Part shown: piece by piece, positions 19,452 to 29,855 of the stretch
Numbering within the stretch: the first letter of the stretch is position 1
How the letters are laid out: every line of letters begins with the position of its first letter
From: Spirochaetales bacterium
GTDB taxonomy: Bacteria; Spirochaetota; Spirochaetia; JABEVK01
Assembly (NCBI GenBank): GCA_037142615.1
Contig: JBAXAI010000001.1
Span: 224,001-288,000 of the forward strand
DNA: 64,000 bases
Direction: 5' to 3'
Position numbers and translations under genes: made by a program
The notes under the pieces: model-generated
Told to the model about the DNA's origin: nothing
The model's database searches: none
What the model saw: only the letters and a program-made list of their open reading frames with translations

Positions 19452-19922
19452 ATGGCAGGTGACATCAACCAGGTCGTCCTGGTCGGGCGTGTAACCCGAG
19501 ATGCGGAACTCCGCTATACGGCATCCGGCACGGCACTCTGTAACTTCTCGGTGGCTATCAACCGCCGGGTCAAGAAGGGCGACCAGTGGTCAGATGAGGC
19601 CAGCTTCTTCGACCTTACTCTGTGGGACAAACAGGCCGAGAACCTGAACAAGTACCTCGTCAAGGGGACTCAAGTCGCTGTACAGGGTGAGCTCCGGCAA
19701 GATCGATGGGAAAAAGACGGTCAGAAGTTCAGCAAGGTCCAGGTGTTCGTCAATAATCTGCAGTTGTTGGGTTCGGGCAGGGGTCGCGATTCCGGGGATG
19801 TAAGAGGCCCTGACTCCGGTTCACAGGTGCCCACCCGCTCCAACGACAAACCCAGGTCTGAACCCTCTCCTGCAACTGATGACTTTGACCCGCAAGCTTA
19901 CGAGGACGACATTCCGTTCTGA
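19452..19922 (+). CDS. ssb: single-stranded DNA-binding protein
   Basis: [18 protein letters not shown]; C-terminal DDIPF. Confidence 0.97.
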   Translation: MAGDINQVVLVGRVTRDAELRYTASGTALCNFSVAINRRVKKGDQWSDEASFFDLTLWDKQAENLNKYLVKGTQVAVQGELRQDRWEKDGQKFSKVQVFVNNLQLLGSGRGRDSGDVRGPDSGSQVPTRSNDKPRSEPSPATDDFDPQAYEDDIPF

Positions 19923-19939
19923 TTACCTCAAGGAGGATT

Positions 19940-20263
19940 ATGGTGTCTTTTGAAAATGAAATGAAAGAAGTAGAAGAATCTTTGGACAAGAGCCCCAAGT
20001 CGGGGGACATGGAGCGCAGAGACGGTGCCGAACGAGGCGCCCGTCGCGGTAAAGTGTACTTCAAGAAGAAGATCTGCAAGTTCACGGTCCACAAGTGGCC
20101 ATGTGACTGGAAGCGGACCGATATTCTTCAGAAGTTCATCACTGAACGTGGCAAGATTTTGCCCCGAAGAATCACAGGAACCAGCGCCAAGTTCCAGCGA
20201 AAGCTGGCAAAACAGGTCAAGATTGCGCGGGTTCTGGCCCTGTTGCCGTACGTGAAGAACTAG
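19940..20263 (+). CDS. rpsR: 30S ribosomal protein S18
   Basis: [24 protein letters not shown]. Confidence 0.96.
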   Translation: MVSFENEMKEVEESLDKSPKSGDMERRDGAERGARRGKVYFKKKICKFTVHKWPCDWKRTDILQKFITERGKILPRRITGTSAKFQRKLAKQVKIARVLALLPYVKN

Positions 20264-20265
20264 AA

Positions 20266-21246
20266 ATGGCCCAGCCGAACGTTCCTGCTTGGGTTTTTGC
20301 CCTGGCTGGGGCGCTGGTAAGCTCCGTCTTGTTTCACCTTAGTCTGCTTGGGGTCCTGTTTCTGTTGCCCTTGGTGTGGCTGAACAAGAGGCACTCCCAG
20401 GCGACGGCTTTGGAAGGCGCGGCAGCCACGGCGGCTTTACTGATCTGCTGGACATTCGGACGTCTGGCGCTCGAGAAGTCCACCTGGACAGTCTGGGACA
20501 GTCTGGATTTGGGTTTGCCGCTCTTCTTGCTTGCGGGTTGGGTTGCTCTGGTACTTTTGAACGGCACGGGTTGGCGCTTCGTTTACCGCCTTGGCGCGGT
20601 CACTTTAGTTGCCGCCGTCATTGGGTTGCCGCTGGTTACGGGCCTCCTTGCCGTGCCTGCGGTGGAAAAGGCCTGGAAGGACGGCTTCGAGATAGTGTGG
20701 AAGCAGATCGCTGAGGCCTCGGGCTCGGCAGGACTTCAGGACTGGTCGGCGAACAAGGACGACTTCTTTGTCCTTGTTCGCGAGTCGATTTCAGCGGCCT
20801 TTCTACCAGTGTTGTTTCTGTTCTGGGCAGCAACAGAGTCGTGGTCCCGACGCTGGGGTTGGTCTGGAACCGGCCCGGTTCGCTGGGTGGACTTCCGTCT
20901 GCCTTCCCGTGCCGTGGTTGTCTTCTTGGGTTTATGGATGGTGATTCTGGTCCAGAGCTTGGTCCGAAACTTGGGTGGGCGGGGCCTGGAAGGGGTGCTT
21001 TGGTACGGTGTGGCGAATCTAGCCATCGTTGCTTGGATCGCCTACGCGCTTGTCGGCTGGGGTATTGTCAAGTCACTCTTGCAGCGAGGCAAGGTGCCGC
21101 CCCTGGCTCAGACGTTGATGGGAATGATGCTGATCCTTTCGCTTTTTGCGGGGGGAGTAATGTCGGTGGTCGTATTGATCGCCTTGCCATTGCTGGCGGT
21201 ACTGGAACTTTGGATCGATTTTCGAAAGACTGAGCAAAGAGGGTAG
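20266..21246 (+). CDS. YybS/DUF2232-like membrane protein
   Basis: Multi-TM protein between rpsR and rplI; ends ELWIDFRK. Confidence 0.75.
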   Translation: MAQPNVPAWVFALAGALVSSVLFHLSLLGVLFLLPLVWLNKRHSQATALEGAAATAALLICWTFGRLALEKSTWTVWDSLDLGLPLFLLAGWVALVLLNGTGWRFVYRLGAVTLVAAVIGLPLVTGLLAVPAVEKAWKDGFEIVWKQIAEASGSAGLQDWSANKDDFFVLVRESISAAFLPVLFLFWAATESWSRRWGWSGTGPVRWVDFRLPSRAVVVFLGLWMVILVQSLVRNLGGRGLEGVLWYGVANLAIVAWIAYALVGWGIVKSLLQRGKVPPLAQTLMGMMLILSLFAGGVMSVVVLIALPLLAVLELWIDFRKTEQRG

Positions 21247-21250
21247 GATT

Positions 21251-21703
21251 ATGAAGGTCATTCTGCTGAAGGATGTGGAGAATCTGGGGGAAGAAGGGGA
21301 AATCAAGACAGTGGCTGATGGCTACGGTCGGAACTTCCTTCTGCCCCGCGGCTTCGCTGTATTGGCGTCAAAGCACGGCTTGAACCTGATTGAACAAAGA
21401 AAGGTCAAGATTGAGGCCCGCAAGGAAGAAAAGCGCAAGGAAGCCTTGGGTCTAAAGGACAAGCTCCAGAGCTTGCATCTGGTGATTTCGATGCCGGCAG
21501 GCGACAACGGCAAGCTATTTGGCGCTGTCACCAACGGCGTCGTTGCCGAACAGTTGCTGAAGCAAGGTATCACGATGGATCGGCGCCACATTTCGTTGCC
21601 CGGAAATGCCATCAAACTGGTCGGTGTGTACGAGGCCAAAGTTCGCGTACTCGACCGCGAATACGCAACGGTGAAGGTGGAAGTGAAGGCTTTGGAAGCC
21701 TGA
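21251..21703 (+). CDS. rplI: 50S ribosomal protein L9
   Basis: MKVILLKDVENLG, GYGRNFLLP, GKLFGAV. Confidence 0.97.
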   Translation: MKVILLKDVENLGEEGEIKTVADGYGRNFLLPRGFAVLASKHGLNLIEQRKVKIEARKEEKRKEALGLKDKLQSLHLVISMPAGDNGKLFGAVTNGVVAEQLLKQGITMDRRHISLPGNAIKLVGVYEAKVRVLDREYATVKVEVKALEA

Positions 21704-21707
21704 TTCT

Positions 21708-23051
21708 GTGGGAAAGGAGAGAGTTCCTCCACACAACGAGGATGCGGAATCCGCAGTGTTGGGTGCTCTCCTCCTTTCTCGGGATGCTTTGGACGTTGTT
21801 GTCCAGATCCTTCGCCCGCAAGACTTCTACAAACAGTCGTACCGGCTCATCTACGAATCGATTCTCTCTATGCAGACAGAAGGTCAGGAGGTTGACGTCC
21901 TCACCCTGTCGAACGCTCTGACAAGGCACGGAAAACTCGATCTAGCCGGTGGACCCGTCGCGCTGGCATTGCTGACTGAGTCTGTCCCGACGGCCGCCAA
22001 CGCAGAATACTACGCACACATGGTCAAGAACGCTGCGGTGCGGAGAAACCTTATTGAAGTTTCAAGCCGACTCATTCTCCAAAGCTACGAAGAGTCCACC
22101 GATAGCAGGATCCTGCTGGAAGACGCCGAAAAGCGCATTTTCGAGCTTGGGGAAGAGCGGACTTCCCGTAGCTACAAGAAGGCTTCCGAGCTCGTGACGG
22201 CAGCCATGGAACGCATTATCGCGCTTTCCAAATCCAAGGATGTCGTAACCGGTATTCCGACCGGCTTCAAGGATCTCGACCAAGCGACCACGGGATTCCA
22301 TGAGGCTGAGTTCATCATCATCGCGGCTCGACCATCGATCGGCAAAACAACCCTTGCTCTCAACATGGCTGCTCATCAGGCGGTCACCAAGAAGATTCCT
22401 GTCGGATTCCTTTCGCTCGAAATGCCCGATCTGGATATTGTCGATCGGATCTTGGCCTCGGAGGCCCGATTGGACTCCTCGAAGATCCGCAACGGGTTCC
22501 TGAGGCCCGCCGACCTTACCAGCCTACGTGACGTGGTACCTGCGATTTACGAGGCACCACTTTACATTGACGACTCACCCAACATGAAACTGCTCGATCT
22601 GCGTGCCCAAGCCAGGCGGATGAAGAGCAAGAACGACATTCAGATCCTGTACGTTGACTATATTTCGCTCATTGGCCACGAAAACATGAATATCCCACGG
22701 CACGAACAGGTCGCCGACATCAGTCGTTCGCTCAAAGCCCTCGCCCGTGAACTCAAGATCCCAGTGGTGGCGCTCTCCCAACTCACCCGCATAACGGAGG
22801 AAAAGGCCCCGGGTCTTGCTGACCTCCGGGAGTCGGGCTCGCTCGAGCAGGACGCCGATGTCGTCTTGTTCCTCCATCGCAAGCGAGGAACTGATCGGGA
22901 CGCGAAGGATTCGCATCAGAACTCGGTAGAGACCGACCTGATCATCGGAAAACAGCGGAAAGGTCCAATTGGCACCGTGAAGCTGATGTTCTTGCCTCAG
23001 TACACCCGCTTCGAAAGTTTTGATGGCGGACATGACCCCTCGTCTGTATAA
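21708..23051 (+). CDS. dnaB: replicative DNA helicase
   Basis: PPHNEDAE, AARPSIGKT, LSQL, DLRESGSLEQDAD; no intein. Confidence 0.97.
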   Translation: MGKERVPPHNEDAESAVLGALLLSRDALDVVVQILRPQDFYKQSYRLIYESILSMQTEGQEVDVLTLSNALTRHGKLDLAGGPVALALLTESVPTAANAEYYAHMVKNAAVRRNLIEVSSRLILQSYEESTDSRILLEDAEKRIFELGEERTSRSYKKASELVTAAMERIIALSKSKDVVTGIPTGFKDLDQATTGFHEAEFIIIAARPSIGKTTLALNMAAHQAVTKKIPVGFLSLEMPDLDIVDRILASEARLDSSKIRNGFLRPADLTSLRDVVPAIYEAPLYIDDSPNMKLLDLRAQARRMKSKNDIQILYVDYISLIGHENMNIPRHEQVADISRSLKALARELKIPVVALSQLTRITEEKAPGLADLRESGSLEQDADVVLFLHRKRGTDRDAKDSHQNSVETDLIIGKQRKGPIGTVKLMFLPQYTRFESFDGGHDPSSV

Positions 23052-23068
23052 TGAAGGCGGGAGTTACC

Positions 23069-23371
23069 ATGAGTTTTCATAACAAGTACGATTTCAGCCT
23101 GCTCGTGAACGAAAAAGAACGCTGGGTGATTGATGAGCTCGAAAAGCAGCTGGTCCAGCGCCCCGAAGTCTGTCGTTGTCAGGAATGTGTTCTCGACATG
23201 GTCACACTAGCCCTCAACAACACCCGCCCGAGCTACCGTGTCACCCTGCTGGGATCCATTTATGCTCAGGCAGACAATGATGAAAACCAACAAAGTCTCG
23301 AGCACTCGGTAGCTATTGCTATCGGAAAGATCTTCGAGAACCCCTCGCACGCGCGCACCGATCGAGACTAG
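23069..23371 (+). CDS. ComFB-family protein
   Basis: CRCQECVLDMVTLALNN-x-P-x-Y and terminal NPSH. Confidence 0.8.
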   Translation: MSFHNKYDFSLLVNEKERWVIDELEKQLVQRPEVCRCQECVLDMVTLALNNTRPSYRVTLLGSIYAQADNDENQQSLEHSVAIAIGKIFENPSHARTDRD

Positions 23372-23393
23372 TCCAGCGACCGGGGGTACAGTG

Positions 23394-24764
23394 CTACTTT
23401 GGTCCCATCAAGAAACTCGTGTCGTTGAACAACGTGAAGGCGACCAACATCAGAATCAGAACACCACCGAATTGCTGATACCGAATGAGCACGCGGATCG
23501 GGGTACGTTTGCGCCGCAGTCCTTCGTACAGTTGCAGAACGATGCTGCCGCCGTCGAGCGCAGGAATCGGCAACAGGTTCATGAAGAATAACGCCAAACT
23601 GAGGAAAGCCAGGTCATTGAGCAGGTTTGTCAGCCCTGAGAACCAGCCGGACTCGAAACTTCGGCTGGTTTGCTCGCCGACCATGTAAGAAATTCGGAGG
23701 GGGCCCGAAAGACTCTCACCTGCAGAAACCTGACCGGTGAACAACTGCACGAGGCCCTGAGCCATCTGACCGATCATGGTCGTGGTTTGAAGTCCAGCCG
23801 CGAGGCTCGCGGGGAGCAAGGGCTTTCCTTGTGGAGGATAGGTTTGCCGCGCAAAGGCCACCCCCAAGTCGGTTACGCCTCCGTGGAACTCAGGTACCCA
23901 AGTCAGCAAGACCCGGGTTCCGGCCCTTTCAACGGCTACTTCCAACGCTCCGGCCTTCAGTGGCAGAGCCTTGGAAAGATCGTGGGTGTTATGCACCCTG
24001 ACCCCACCAACTTCTGTTATGAGGTCTCGTGGTTGGAACCCAGCAATATCGCCGGAACTCCCTGCCGTGACTGAGGCTACAACCGGGTCTACCCAGTCCG
24101 AAATACCAATCATGGTGCGCTTCTCGGCTTCGATGTAGCGGGGTGTAACGGGGATCGTCAGCGTAGTTCCCGAGCGTTGAACCTCAAGTACCAAGGACCG
24201 GCCGGAAGCTTGTGCGATCGCCGCCTGCAGGTCTGCGAAACTCCGGGTAGACTTTCCTGAAACTGACAGAATCAAGTCTCCAGACGCTAACCCCGCCTGA
24301 GTCGCGGGGTAGGGAGTCCCAACACTTTCCAACAAGATGATCCTTGCCGGCGAAGACTGCTGCGGAATCCCCGAAAGTTGAAGCACGAAAAAGACCAAGA
24401 AAGCCAGCAGCAAGTTTGCGGCTGGGCCCGCGACCGAAATACCAATGCGGCGCCAGGGCGAAGCGGCGTGGTACGAACCTTCTTCCGGCAACGGCGCCTG
24501 GCTGCCGGGTTGGTTGGCGGCCTCCATGGCTTTGACGAGGTAGTCATCGCCCTTCATTTTGCAGTAGCCACCCAGCGGCAGAAGGCAAAGCCTGTATTCC
24601 GTTTTTCCGGGTTTCCATTTCAAGAGTGTTTTACCCCAACCAAGCGCGAAGGCCTCTACTTCAACCCCTGCCCAGCGTGCCGCTAGAAAATGGCCCAACT
24701 CATGAACGAAGACCACGACCGTCAACCCGACCAACCCGAGCGGAATGTACAAGAGGATCTCCAT
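23394..24764 (-). CDS. rseP: site-2 metalloprotease with two PDZ domains
   Basis: HELGH, AGPAAN, NLLPIPALDGG; GGAGG SD at MEILLY. Confidence 0.93.
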   Translation of the reverse strand: MEILLYIPLGLVGLTVVVFVHELGHFLAARWAGVEVEAFALGWGKTLLKWKPGKTEYRLCLLPLGGYCKMKGDDYLVKAMEAANQPGSQAPLPEEGSYHAASPWRRIGISVAGPAANLLLAFLVFFVLQLSGIPQQSSPARIILLESVGTPYPATQAGLASGDLILSVSGKSTRSFADLQAAIAQASGRSLVLEVQRSGTTLTIPVTPRYIEAEKRTMIGISDWVDPVVASVTAGSSGDIAGFQPRDLITEVGGVRVHNTHDLSKALPLKAGALEVAVERAGTRVLLTWVPEFHGGVTDLGVAFARQTYPPQGKPLLPASLAAGLQTTTMIGQMAQGLVQLFTGQVSAGESLSGPLRISYMVGEQTSRSFESGWFSGLTNLLNDLAFLSLALFFMNLLPIPALDGGSIVLQLYEGLRRKRTPIRVLIRYQQFGGVLILMLVAFTLFNDTSFLMGPK

Positions 24765-25609
24765 CACCACCTCCCGAACAAGAGAAAGGCATAGAATACG
24801 GGTGCCGAAAATAGGAGGGAATCGACGGAGTCCAAAACCCCACCACGCCCCGGTATCAGGGATCCGGAGTCCTTGACGCCAGCGCTGCGCTTCAAACTCG
24901 ACTCGAAGAGGTCTCCGACAATCGTCGTCAGCGAAAGTACGAGGGCCGCGGCCCCGACAACGATCCAGTGAGTTCCAAGGGAACCAGGAAAGTAATAGGC
25001 CGCAAGGCCCAAGGCCAGAAGAGTCCCGAAAATGCCCCCAGCGAAGCCAACGAGACTCTTGGTGGGGCTGACGTGAAACGGCTTCCAACTCTTTTTGCCC
25101 CAGAGGGTACCGAACACCCAGGCCAGCGCGTCATTGCCAAATGTCGCCAGGCAAAAGACTGCCATCAGGGGTGTCGTGGACGAAAGCGCGAGTATCTTCA
25201 CCAGAAAGTACATAAAGAAACCCGGGTAGATCAGAACAAACAGAATGCCAGTAATTTTCCCGAGGACCGGCTCAAGATTCTGCTCGGTATTGGCAAAAAT
25301 CTGCCGGATAAAGATTGCGACAATGAGCAAAGCCAAAACCACCAGCGTCGTTTCGGGTTTCAGGACACCCCAATTCTCAAGATAGGCCAAGATTGGAAAG
25401 GCAAATCCCAAGACTGTCGGTAGGTACGGGTTGATCACAAAGCCCTTTGACTTCAAGAGAATCGCTGACTCATGGGCTCCAAAGGCCGAAAAGGCCAGAA
25501 TGAGCAGGAACATGGGAAAGAAGCGATACAGGTCCCACACCGAGAGCGCGAGGATGAGCGGGAGTCCCAAAAGAGTAAGGACAATGCGGATCACGGCATT
25601 CTTATTCAC
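24764..25609 (-). CDS. cdsA: phosphatidate cytidylyltransferase
   Basis: SPTKS, GDLFESSLKRSAGVKDSG, GGVLD. Confidence 0.93.
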   Translation of the reverse strand: MNKNAVIRIVLTLLGLPLILALSVWDLYRFFPMFLLILAFSAFGAHESAILLKSKGFVINPYLPTVLGFAFPILAYLENWGVLKPETTLVVLALLIVAIFIRQIFANTEQNLEPVLGKITGILFVLIYPGFFMYFLVKILALSSTTPLMAVFCLATFGNDALAWVFGTLWGKKSWKPFHVSPTKSLVGFAGGIFGTLLALGLAAYYFPGSLGTHWIVVGAAALVLSLTTIVGDLFESSLKRSAGVKDSGSLIPGRGGVLDSVDSLLFSAPVFYAFLLFGRW

Positions 25610-26318
25610 GCATTTCCTCCGTATTGTGGCCGCCAAAACGGCGATTCCGCCCCCGATATTCACTCACCGCGGCAATAAGATCCTCGGCGGTCCAGTCGGG
25701 CCAGAGTTTCTCGCTGAAAACCAACTCTGCGTACGCAGACTCCCAAAGTAGGAAGTTGCTCAGTCGAAGTTCTCCGGCCGTCCGGATTACCAAGTCTACC
25801 GGTGGTAGCGCTTGGTCGAGGAAGCTGGAAAACGTTGCAGCGGTCAACTCGGAACGAACGGGTTCCGAGGCCCAACGGCGAACCGCACGGAGAATCTCGT
25901 CCTGGCCTCCGTAGTTGATCGCAAGATTAACGGTTAGGCCCTCGAAGGCCGCCGTGTCATTTACCACTTGGTGGAGATCCTGTTGGACCTCGGTGGGAAG
26001 GCCCTCGGAATCTCCGGAGTGCACGACCCGGATGCGGTTTTCGCGGTAGAAGTCCCATTCCCGCAACAAGTGTGTCTTGAGCAGGAACATCAAGAAGGAG
26101 ACTTCCTGTTCGGCCCGCTTCCAGTTCTCGGTTGAAAAGACATAGAGAGACAGATAACGTATCCCTAAATCAGAGGCGGCCTTGGTGATGGCCTTGGCCA
26201 CCTTGAGCCCCTCTTTGTGTCCCTCGGAACGTGGAATCTTGCGACCGGCAGCCCAACGTCCATTGCCATCCATAATGATACCGAGGTGCACGGGAACGGA
26301 AGCTGTGGCTAGGGCCAT
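25602..26318 (-). CDS. uppS: undecaprenyl diphosphate synthase
   Basis: IMDGNGRWA, FSTENWKR, RLSNFLLW. Confidence 0.96.
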   Translation of the reverse strand: MALATASVPVHLGIIMDGNGRWAAGRKIPRSEGHKEGLKVAKAITKAASDLGIRYLSLYVFSTENWKRAEQEVSFLMFLLKTHLLREWDFYRENRIRVVHSGDSEGLPTEVQQDLHQVVNDTAAFEGLTVNLAINYGGQDEILRAVRRWASEPVRSELTAATFSSFLDQALPPVDLVIRTAGELRLSNFLLWESAYAELVFSEKLWPDWTAEDLIAAVSEYRGRNRRFGGHNTEEMRE

Positions 26319-26319
26319 G

Positions 26320-26868
26320 TCAGATTTCCAGAATTTCCTTTTCTTTTTCGGCGGCAAGGCGGTCAATGTCCTTGATCGAGGCATCCGTGACTTTCTGGAT
26401 CTCGTCAAGGGCCTTCTTGGCCTCGTCCTCGGTCAACTCATTGTCCTTCTGAAGCTTTTTGTAGGCCTCGTTGATATCGCGGCGGATATTACGGACGGCA
26501 ACCCGGTAGGTCTCGGCCATTGTCTTGGCTTGTTTGACAAGATCCTTGCGGCGGGCTTCGTTGAGCGGAGGAAAATTGATTCGGATTACTTTGCCGTCGT
26601 TGCTGGGAGTCAGCGACAGGTCACTCGAAAGAAGTGCTTTCTCAATGTCACCGATGACCCCTTTGTCCCAGGGTTGGATAACTACCATGCGTGCCTCGGG
26701 GACAGAGATATTTGCCACTTGGCTCAACGGTGTTTTGGCACCGTAGTATTCGACTTGAATCCGCTCAAAGAGGGCAGGAGTTGCACGTCCCGTGCGGAGA
26801 AGAGAATATTCATCCTGAAGGCTTTTCAGGCTTTTTTTCATTTTCGCTTCCGCGTCGGCTTTCAACAT
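26320..26868 (-). CDS. frr: ribosome recycling factor
   Basis: RTGRATP, PPLNEARRKDLVK, RNIRRD. Confidence 0.97.
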   Translation of the reverse strand: MLKADAEAKMKKSLKSLQDEYSLLRTGRATPALFERIQVEYYGAKTPLSQVANISVPEARMVVIQPWDKGVIGDIEKALLSSDLSLTPSNDGKVIRINFPPLNEARRKDLVKQAKTMAETYRVAVRNIRRDINEAYKKLQKDNELTEDEAKKALDEIQKVTDASIKDIDRLAAEKEKEILEI

Positions 26869-26886
26869 TGCTGCCCTCCTGAGACT

Positions 26887-27735
26887 TTAGGCTTCGAGCC
26901 CGATCTGAACATAGGCGAAGGCGGCGATTTCAACCTTGGAGCCCAGGTCCTTGCTGAGTTTATCAGCTGCCTGCGCTACGGTGATCTTGTCGTCTTTGAC
27001 GAAAGGCTGGTCCACGAAGCACAACTGCTTGAGAAGCTTTTCGACCTTGCCCTTCATGATTCCCACGACGATGTTGTCGGGCTTGCCTACCAACTGTTCA
27101 GCATCGCGCACGCGCATGATTTCTTCCTGTTCCTTGATCCAACTGGCGTCGACTTTGGTGCGGTCCAAAAAGGCGGGGTTGAAGGCGGCAGCGTGAAGCG
27201 CGAGGTCAAACCCGAACTGCTTGACCTTGGCGTCGGAGGCCTTGGCAGGATCGGCCACCTTGACCTTGACCAAGACGCCGATCCGGCCTTCGCCGTGAAG
27301 GTAAGGCACAACCACTTCGCCGGAGGCAACACCGAGGGACTTGTAGGTCTTGATTGACAGGTTTTCCTTCGTCTTGGCAGCAAGGTCCGACAAAGCTGCC
27401 AGCGCATTGTCATTCGGTGCCGACGCTCCGTCCTTGACCAGAGCGTCGATGATCGCCTGGCCCGTGGTGACAAAGTCGCTGTTTCGCGCCACAAAGTCAG
27501 TTTCACAAGAGATTTCCATCACCGCCGCGAGAGTACCGCTGAGCGATGTAAAAACCCTGCCTTCGGTGGCCGAACGGCCGGATCGTTTGGCGACAGCTGC
27601 CAAACCTTTTTCCTTCAGGATCTTTTCAGCGCCGGCAAAATCTCCGCCGGCCTTTTCGAGAGCGTCTTTGCAGTCTCCGAAGCCGGCGCCCGTCTTGTCG
27701 CGCAGCTTTTTGACGTCGAGAGGATTAACAGCCAT
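26887..27735 (-). CDS. tsf: elongation factor Ts
   Basis: LRDKTGAG, CETDFVA. Confidence 0.97.
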   Translation of the reverse strand: MAVNPLDVKKLRDKTGAGFGDCKDALEKAGGDFAGAEKILKEKGLAAVAKRSGRSATEGRVFTSLSGTLAAVMEISCETDFVARNSDFVTTGQAIIDALVKDGASAPNDNALAALSDLAAKTKENLSIKTYKSLGVASGEVVVPYLHGEGRIGVLVKVKVADPAKASDAKVKQFGFDLALHAAAFNPAFLDRTKVDASWIKEQEEIMRVRDAEQLVGKPDNIVVGIMKGKVEKLLKQLCFVDQPFVKDDKITVAQAADKLSKDLGSKVEIAAFAYVQIGLEA

Positions 27736-27754
27736 TTCTTTTCAAGCTCCTGAG

Positions 27755-28552
27755 TTATTCGTCTTCTTCGTCGAGCTGGGCAGCGATGCTGGAGCCCGAC
27801 TTGGCAAAGCCCTGATCGTCCATTCCGGGGGTGTCATCTTCCTGAAGACTGTCGATGACAGTCAGGCCGATTTCATTGTCGGCTTCGATGACAGCGTTGG
27901 CGATGATCTGGGTGAACAGCGTAATGGCGCGAATCGCGTCGTCGTTTCCCGGGATCGGAAAGTCAATACCTTCCGGGTTGCAGTTGGTGTCGACCACGGC
28001 GATGATCGGTATGCCCTGCCGACGGGCTTCGGCGATGGCGATGGCTTCCTTGCGGGGATCAATGACAAAAAGGATGCCTGGGAGTTCCTTCATTTCCTTG
28101 ATACCGCCGAGGTTCTTCTCGAGCTTGGCCTTTTCTTTGCCAAGCATGGCGATTTCTTTCTTGGTGAGGTGACCGTAGGTGCCGTCAACTTCCATCTTTT
28201 CGATCTTCTTGAGGCGCATAAGCGACTTCTTGATGGTGGAGAAGTTGGTCAACATGCCGCCAAGCCAGCGGTTGTTCACGTAGAACATGTTACAGCGTTC
28301 TGCTTCGGTCTGGATCGAGGTTTGGGCCTGCTTTTTGGTACCAACGAAGAGCACGGTTTTGCCGTCCAGCACGGTCTTGCGGACAGCGTTGTACGCTTCC
28401 TTGATCGCCTGAATCGTCTTCTGCAGGTCGATGATATGGATGCCGTTGCGTTCCGCGAAGATAAACTTCTTCATGCGGGGGTCCCAACGTTTGGTCTGAT
28501 GACCGAAATGCACACCTGACTCGAGCAGGTTCTTCATAGTGACTACAGCCAA
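27755..28552 (-). CDS. rpsB: 30S ribosomal protein S2
   Basis: [25 protein letters not shown]; TTG start after AAGGAGG. Confidence 0.98.
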   Translation of the reverse strand: MAVVTMKNLLESGVHFGHQTKRWDPRMKKFIFAERNGIHIIDLQKTIQAIKEAYNAVRKTVLDGKTVLFVGTKKQAQTSIQTEAERCNMFYVNNRWLGGMLTNFSTIKKSLMRLKKIEKMEVDGTYGHLTKKEIAMLGKEKAKLEKNLGGIKEMKELPGILFVIDPRKEAIAIAEARRQGIPIIAVVDTNCNPEGIDFPIPGNDDAIRAITLFTQIIANAVIEADNEIGLTVIDSLQEDDTPGMDDQGFAKSGSSIAAQLDEEDE

Positions 28553-28671
28553 GGTAGTCCTCCTTAGTGTTCACCGGGCAACGAGTTGCTGCCAAGTGCT
28601 ACGTCTCATATTTCACGACATCCGCGAGTACCCAAGTGGAACCCGCCGGCGCGGAGATTTCCCGTAGCCAA

Positions 28672-29268
28672 TCACTGTCGGCCCGGGATAGGTAGATGAC
28701 GAGAAAGAATGCCATAAACCTCGGCCAAAGGCAAGCCCACGACGTTGCTCCAGGAACCGTGGATTCGATCGACCAGGCAGATGCCGGACTCCTGGACACG
28801 ATAACCACCGGCCACGCCTTCCCATTCTCCTGTCTCGAGATAGCCGCGGTAGAGACCTTCGTTCCAAGGAAGAAAGCGGATCGATGTCAAGACGACCCGG
28901 GTCGCCAGACGCCTCGTGGGAAGCCATAGAGTAACGGCGGTGAGCACTTGATGGTGGTGGCCTGAAAGTTCCCGATACCACTGCAACGCTTGATCCGAGT
29001 CTGTCGGCTTGTTGAGGGCCCGACCTCGGAAACTAATCAAGGTGTCGGCAGTGAGTACTGGCAGGCTGTTCTCGGGATGGGCGGTTGCGAAGTGCATAGC
29101 CTTCTCGCGGCTGAGCCTTCGGGCTTGGGCCGTGGGCTTTTCCCGTGGCAAGGGGACTTCTTGCCACGGATTGGTGACCACCCGAAACGGTATGCCCAAG
29201 GTCGCCAACAGGGCCTCGCGCCGGGGGGAGGTTGAGGCGAGCAGGAGAAGAGGTGCCGAATCAGTCAC
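28672..29268 (-). CDS. maf: Maf-family nucleoside triphosphate pyrophosphatase
   Basis: LASTSPRR, ADT, NVVGLP; start uncertain (29268 or 29292). Confidence 0.9.
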   Translation of the reverse strand: MTDSAPLLLLASTSPRREALLATLGIPFRVVTNPWQEVPLPREKPTAQARRLSREKAMHFATAHPENSLPVLTADTLISFRGRALNKPTDSDQALQWYRELSGHHHQVLTAVTLWLPTRRLATRVVLTSIRFLPWNEGLYRGYLETGEWEGVAGGYRVQESGICLVDRIHGSWSNVVGLPLAEVYGILSRHLPIPGRQ

Positions 29269-29434
29269 AGCCAAGTTGCCCCTGTCAGCCAAAAGTTAAG
29301 CCCCGTGTTCACGCACGTACTCTGAGGTAAATCTACGCTAGGTAGCGGATTAGTTTCAAGCCGAGTCTGATTGAAAATGGGCGGTTTTGGGGGTCTAGCT
29401 GAAGTATAGCTGAGTACAGGTAAACCAAGATGGC

Positions 29435-29855
29435 CTACGAGAGCGTGATCCCTTCGGACTCAAGGAGGTGCTTGCGCACTGTGTCCAGAATCTCCTGGGC
29501 CTGTGTCAATCCTTTCTCCGCCTCACTCCGATCAAACTTGATGTGGGCATCATCGTCGCCGCTCTGACGGTAACTGAACAGGGTTTCCAGGTTCCGAGCC
29601 GTGGAGGGGGGGAAATGAACCACCATGGACGAACAGTTTGTTGAACTGACCAAGGAGTTGCTTGTGACTGTCGAACGCTTGGCCCCTCAGGAAGAACAGA
29701 AGCGTAACGGCGTGGAAGGCGCTGTAGTACGCCCTAGAGAGGCAATCGTTGAAGAGGTCTAGATCACGCAGTGCCATTGCGGCCTTCTGCTTCTCCAGAA
29801 CCAAGGCCCGCAAATCGTGGACTTCCGCCAACTGCTCCGCGCTGCGAGACGTCAC
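29435..29855 (-). pseudogene. HEPN-domain toxin, frameshifted
   Basis: SRAYYSAFHA, SHKQLLGQF; frame break in a C7 run (29606-29612); GTG start overlaps the MNT stop. Confidence 0.85.

Noticed and set aside
24765-25088. N-terminal extension of rseP
   Set aside because: Overlaps cdsA in another frame; the SD supports a start at 24764.
26182-28519. Two ORFs of about 390 aa on the plus strand
   Set aside because: Shadows of frr, tsf and rpsB.
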